Shown here: piece by piece, positions 36,290 to 40,043 of the stretch
How positions within the stretch are numbered: the first letter of the stretch is position 1
How the letters are laid out: every line of letters begins with the position of its first letter
Assembly: GCF_001194135.2 (NCBI RefSeq)
Contig: NC_068994.1
Coordinates: 37,211,417 to 37,251,459 of the forward strand
From: Octopus bimaculoides
Lineage: Eukaryota
Direction: 5' to 3'
Length of the DNA stretch: 40,043 bases
The notes under the pieces: model-generated
What the model saw: only the letters and a program-made list of their open reading frames with translations
The model's database searches: none
Told to the model about the DNA's origin: nothing
Position numbers and translations under genes: made by a program

Positions 36290-37305
36290 GTAAGATTTAA
36301 ACTTATCAGCCAACTTATCTCTCTTTACTTCATTGTAGCAAACAAGTAAATGTTCTTAATTATACCGATCAATGAATTATTAGAACAATGGTTTGGGGAT
36401 CATAATGACAAAGGATTTTGATGTAGATGATATTGTTTAAACAAATAATTTAATCAGACATAACTACTCTCTGAACATTTGCCCTTTTTTTCTTTACTCT
36501 AATAATTGAGGCGAAACGTATAAAATATATTGTAAACGAATTGTTTGTTGGGTTGATTGTCAAATGAACTGAATGTTTGTTGATTGTTTTTAATTCATGA
36601 GTTTATTTGTAATTTTATCAATTTGTTGGGTAGGACAGGTTTGGTTGTTTAATAGATATATTATTGGTTTCATTATTATTTGCTCTGGTTCTGAATATTA
36701 TTTCAAATACCTATGAAGAGCCATAGGTTTGGTTTAAATAAAACAAAAGATTCATGAATTCTTTCTTTCAGTGCGACTTTTTCATATGCAAAAAAGCATA
36801 TGAACCTATCTTCAACAGCTTTCATATAAATTAAATGATATGATGTTAAAATTTTCTTTCCTTTACCACTTTAACAAAGAAAAAGCTTCAAAAGAATCTA
36901 ATGCCTATTGAAACACAGAGATTTATAAAAAACACTAAGAACCTACTGAGGTATACAGCCTCTTTGCTCTTGAAGCTATTTCCATCTAGCTATTTAACTT
37001 TACAATAATACTAAATCAGCAAATGACTAACACTATTTCATCAGTCCATGACAACAAGCTTTGAACACTTTTGTGACAAATAAATCTAGAGGCATATGCT
37101 TCATATTATTCTGATAAAATAAATATTGTGTACAGACAAAATATCTGCCTAGCAACGAGATTTAAAAGCCTTGAGTAACCTTGTCACTAATATTTACAAC
37201 CACAATATCTCTTTAGCCACCCAAATAATACACACGTATTAAGAACCACTTTTTTTTTTGTTTTTACTACCAGTTATTGTAAATATATTATTCTGCTTGT
37301 CACAG

Positions 37306-37371
37306 GTATATTGATGCTATGTTCCAGGTACACTATTACCATTATGGCTAGCATCACAGATGCATTCACCT
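37306..37371 (+). other. Candidate 66-nt exon
   Basis: TTCTGCTTGTCACAG acceptor and CCT|GTATGT donor, followed by a 59-nt candidate intron. Confidence 0.35.
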
Positions 37372-37430
37372 GTATGTATTCATTTCTTCTCAACTTACAT
37401 GTTACGTTTAATTACCTGTGTATTTTTCAG

Positions 37431-37483
37431 GTAAGGTAGACATTTTACTCTATCTAAAGAGAAAGTGTCTCCATTGATTCCAG
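37431..37483 (+). other. Candidate 53-nt exon beginning with GTAAG
   Basis: TATTTTTCAG acceptor and perfect CAG|GTGAGT donor; stops in all three frames. Confidence 0.5.
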
Positions 37484-37862
37484 GTGAGTAATTTATTAAT
37501 TACAGCAAAATGCATTTGAGATTTTAGATCAATAACACCATAACCAAAAACCTGCCAAACACCTGCTTGATGACAACATTCACAAGGGATATTATTATTA
37601 TTATTTTTTATATTTTCCTCATATTTGTTTCTTTTTTCTTTTTTTTTTTTTCATACTTTTCTGGAAAGAAAGGGATGATGTCATAGCCATTTGGCATGGG
37701 TAGAGAAATTGTTGGCCAAGCTTATGTTCTCCTACCTGTATTCTGGAACTGTGACTTCTTCAATAATTCTGAGGTCTGAAAATACAAAAATAAGCAATAA
37801 ATACACCAATTTAGATCATAAAGATAATTTTCACACTGTTCTGAACATTTGATTTATTTACA

Positions 37863-38312
37863 TTCTTTTATTCTTTTATTCTTTCATTCTTTTACTTGTT
37901 TCAGTCATTAGACTGCAACCACGCTGAGGCAACGCTGTGAAGGGTTTAGTCAAATACATTAACCCCAGTACTTATTTTTCTTTTAAGCCCTGTCAGTTTG
38001 TTTTTGTCAAACTATTAAGTTACAGAGACATAAAGAAACCAACACCGATTGTTAAGGCACATTTACATATTGACACACACACACACACACACACATGCGC
38101 ATGTATGTATGTATGTATGTAAGTATGTACACATATACATATATATGATAGGTTTCTTTCAGTTTTTGTCTGCCAAATCCACTCACAAGGCTTTGGTTGG
38201 TCCAGGGCTATAGTAGAAGACCTTTGCCTGGGATGCCCTGCAGTGGGATTGAACCTGGAACCATGTGGTTAGGAAGCAAGCTTCTTACCACACATCTACA
38301 CCTGTACCTATA
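37863..38312 (-). mobile_element. SINE family A, full length with internal CA/TATG microsatellite
   Basis: Head at 38312-38146, microsatellite at 38073-38145, and tail with (TTCTTTTA)n at 37863. Confidence 0.9.
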
Positions 38313-38477
38313 TTTGCATATCTATCCAATTAGACATTCAGCATCACATGTGAATTAATTCAAATTAATTAATGCTGCTATGATTATATTTTGTCAAATT
38401 CTACACAGTTCCAAAAATGCTTATCATGATTGTGAAGCTTATTACATTACTAAGTGCAATGTAAATAAGTATCTTAT

Positions 38478-38693
38478 CCTTTTAGCATTCAAATTTCTTT
38501 GATTATTGTTTATTCATTCACATTGTTTTTAATTAATCAGGTATTATCTCATAGCCTCAATATTGCAAAAATGTGATTGTATACTTTTAGAATGACATAG
38601 TAGGGTAGGTATGAGAAGATGGATCTGGCCGGTTTCAACATAAAATAAGGTAGAATATTTTGGCTGGATATGGCTGGTTTAAATGCTAAAGAG
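38478..38693 (-). mobile_element. piggyBac-like MITE P1
   Basis: TTAT-CCTTTTAGCATTC ... AAATGCTAAAGAG-TTAA; the body is the reverse complement of the 32834 copy. Confidence 0.85.
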
Positions 38694-38723
38694 TTAAACA
38701 TCCAGATTTATCACCTACATGCT

Positions 38724-39042
38724 TTATTCTTTTGATCTTTAATTGTTTGTCATTGAACTGAGGCCATACCAGGGCATTGCCTTGAAGGGTTTAGTTGAAC
38801 AAATCAACCACAGTATAATTTCAAGCCTGGTATTTATTCTGTTAGTTATTTTTGCTGAGCTGATATGTTACAGAGATGTAAACAAACCAACACCAGTTGT
38901 CAAGCAGTGGTGAAATGAAAATAAAGACACACACACACACACGACACACACATGCACACGCACGCACACACAGAGTGGGTTTTTGCATAGTTTCCATCTA
39001 CAAAATTCACTCACAAGGCATTGGTCAGCCCAGAGCTATAGT
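38724..39042 (-). mobile_element. SINE family A, 5'-truncated
   Basis: Tail, (CA)n and the first part of the head (CACTCACAAGGC..GCTATAGT); the tRNA part is missing. Confidence 0.8.
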
Positions 39043-39085
39043 TGTCTTTGAATTGCTTTTGTAATATTCAACCAATTGAAAAGAA

Positions 39086-39838
39086 TATCAGGTCATTAAG
39101 AATGAAATGTCCGATTTTCTTATGCACCAAGTTTGACAGTCATTAACTCTATTGTTTTATCCTGACAATTCTTTGTTTTACAACATTGAAGAGTTACATC
39201 ATCACTTTTCAAAATGCAATTCATGGTGTCTGATTATGGTGAGAGTTTTCTCTTGTAAATCAATTTCTGTGAACTTATGGATAGATAAAAATCTTGTGTT
39301 GTTTATGAATATGAGTTCCCTCATGGAACCAATGCATCCCAGACAGCTCGAAACGTCAATGAGGTGTTTGGTGAAGATATAGCGAATGAGTGCACTTGTA
39401 CGTCGATTGTTTGAGAAGTTCTGGTCTGACGACTTTACTCTTGAAAATCATCCCTGTGGTAGACCTGAGAACAAGGTGGATAATGATGAGCTGGAAACTG
39501 TAGTGGAAGCAGATAAATCTCAAACTATGTGTGAGTTAGCAGCAAGGTTTGGTGTTTTGATTCCAACTCTATTTGACCATCTGAAATGAAGCTGGACAAG
39601 TGGGTACTATGCAAACTGAACGAGCATCAAATGACACGTCATCTTGAAACTTGCTGTTCTTTGCTGTCATGGTATAAAAGTAAGCCATTTTTGCATCATA
39701 TTGTTAAGTGTGATGAAAAATGGATTCTTTTCAACAATAGCAAGCATTCTGCATGATGGTTGGATAGAGACAAAGTGCCAAAACACAATCTAAAAGAGAA
39801 TATTCACCAAAAAAAAAAGTAAGCTAATGGTGTCTGTT
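39086..39838 (+). pseudogene. Mariner (Hsmar1/SETMAR-like) transposase pseudogene, 3'-truncated
   Basis: TATCAGGT.. TIR-like start; GTNASQTARNVNEVFGE, VRRLFEKFWSDDFTLENHPCGRP..DNDELETVVEAD..ELAARF, KLDKWV, FLHHIVKCDEKWILFNN and PKHNLKENIHQKK..MVSV across stops and frameshifts. Confidence 0.9.
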
Positions 39839-39843
39839 AATGG

Positions 39844-40009
39844 TGTCTCCCGTTACGTTCTCAGTTCAAATTCTGCCAAGGTCGACTTTGCCTTTCATCC
39901 TTTCAGGGTCGATAAATTAAGTACCAGTTACGCACTGGGATCGATGTAATTGACTTAATCCCTTTGTCTGTCCTTGTTTAGCCCCTTGTGGGCAATAAAG
40001 AAATAAGAA
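39844..40009 (+). mobile_element. SINE family C, 5'-truncated, low divergence
   Basis: CCGTTACGTTCTCAGTTCAAATTCTGCCAAGGTCGACTTTGCC..GCCCCTTGTGGGCAATAAAGAAATAAGAA. An 11-bp duplication TAATGGTGTCT (39825-39835, 39838-39848) sits at the junction with the mariner. Confidence 0.9.
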
Positions 40010-40043
40010 TTCATTATGTGTGTGTGTGTGTGTGTGTGTGTGT

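Overview
AT-rich eukaryotic nuclear DNA from a draft assembly (5 N-gaps), very dense in microsatellites and decayed transposons. The repeat families and microsatellite density look like an octopus (coleoid cephalopod) genome; this is recognition from memory, not a database match. No complete protein-coding gene, rRNA, true tRNA or CRISPR array is supported. Nearly all supplied ORFs are microsatellite or N-run artefacts or transposon debris. The window holds at least four tRNA-derived SINE families, RTE, CR1/L2-type and Penelope-like retroelement remnants, two mariner transposase pseudogenes, and mariner-, piggyBac- and hAT-type MITEs. The only candidate host exons are a cluster of plus-strand splice-bounded segments at 34.7-37.5 kb; the rest reads as long intron or intergenic DNA. 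The most notable structures are a 140-bp-arm foldback (7.5-8.0 kb), a B-A'-inverted-B rearrangement whose spacer is copied from 800 bp upstream (29.7-30.8 kb), a junction that fits both acceptor and donor consensus (37430/37431), and an inverted Penelope-like terminus with a decayed hammerhead-like motif (24.0-24.4 kb). I found no convincing new multi-gene system.
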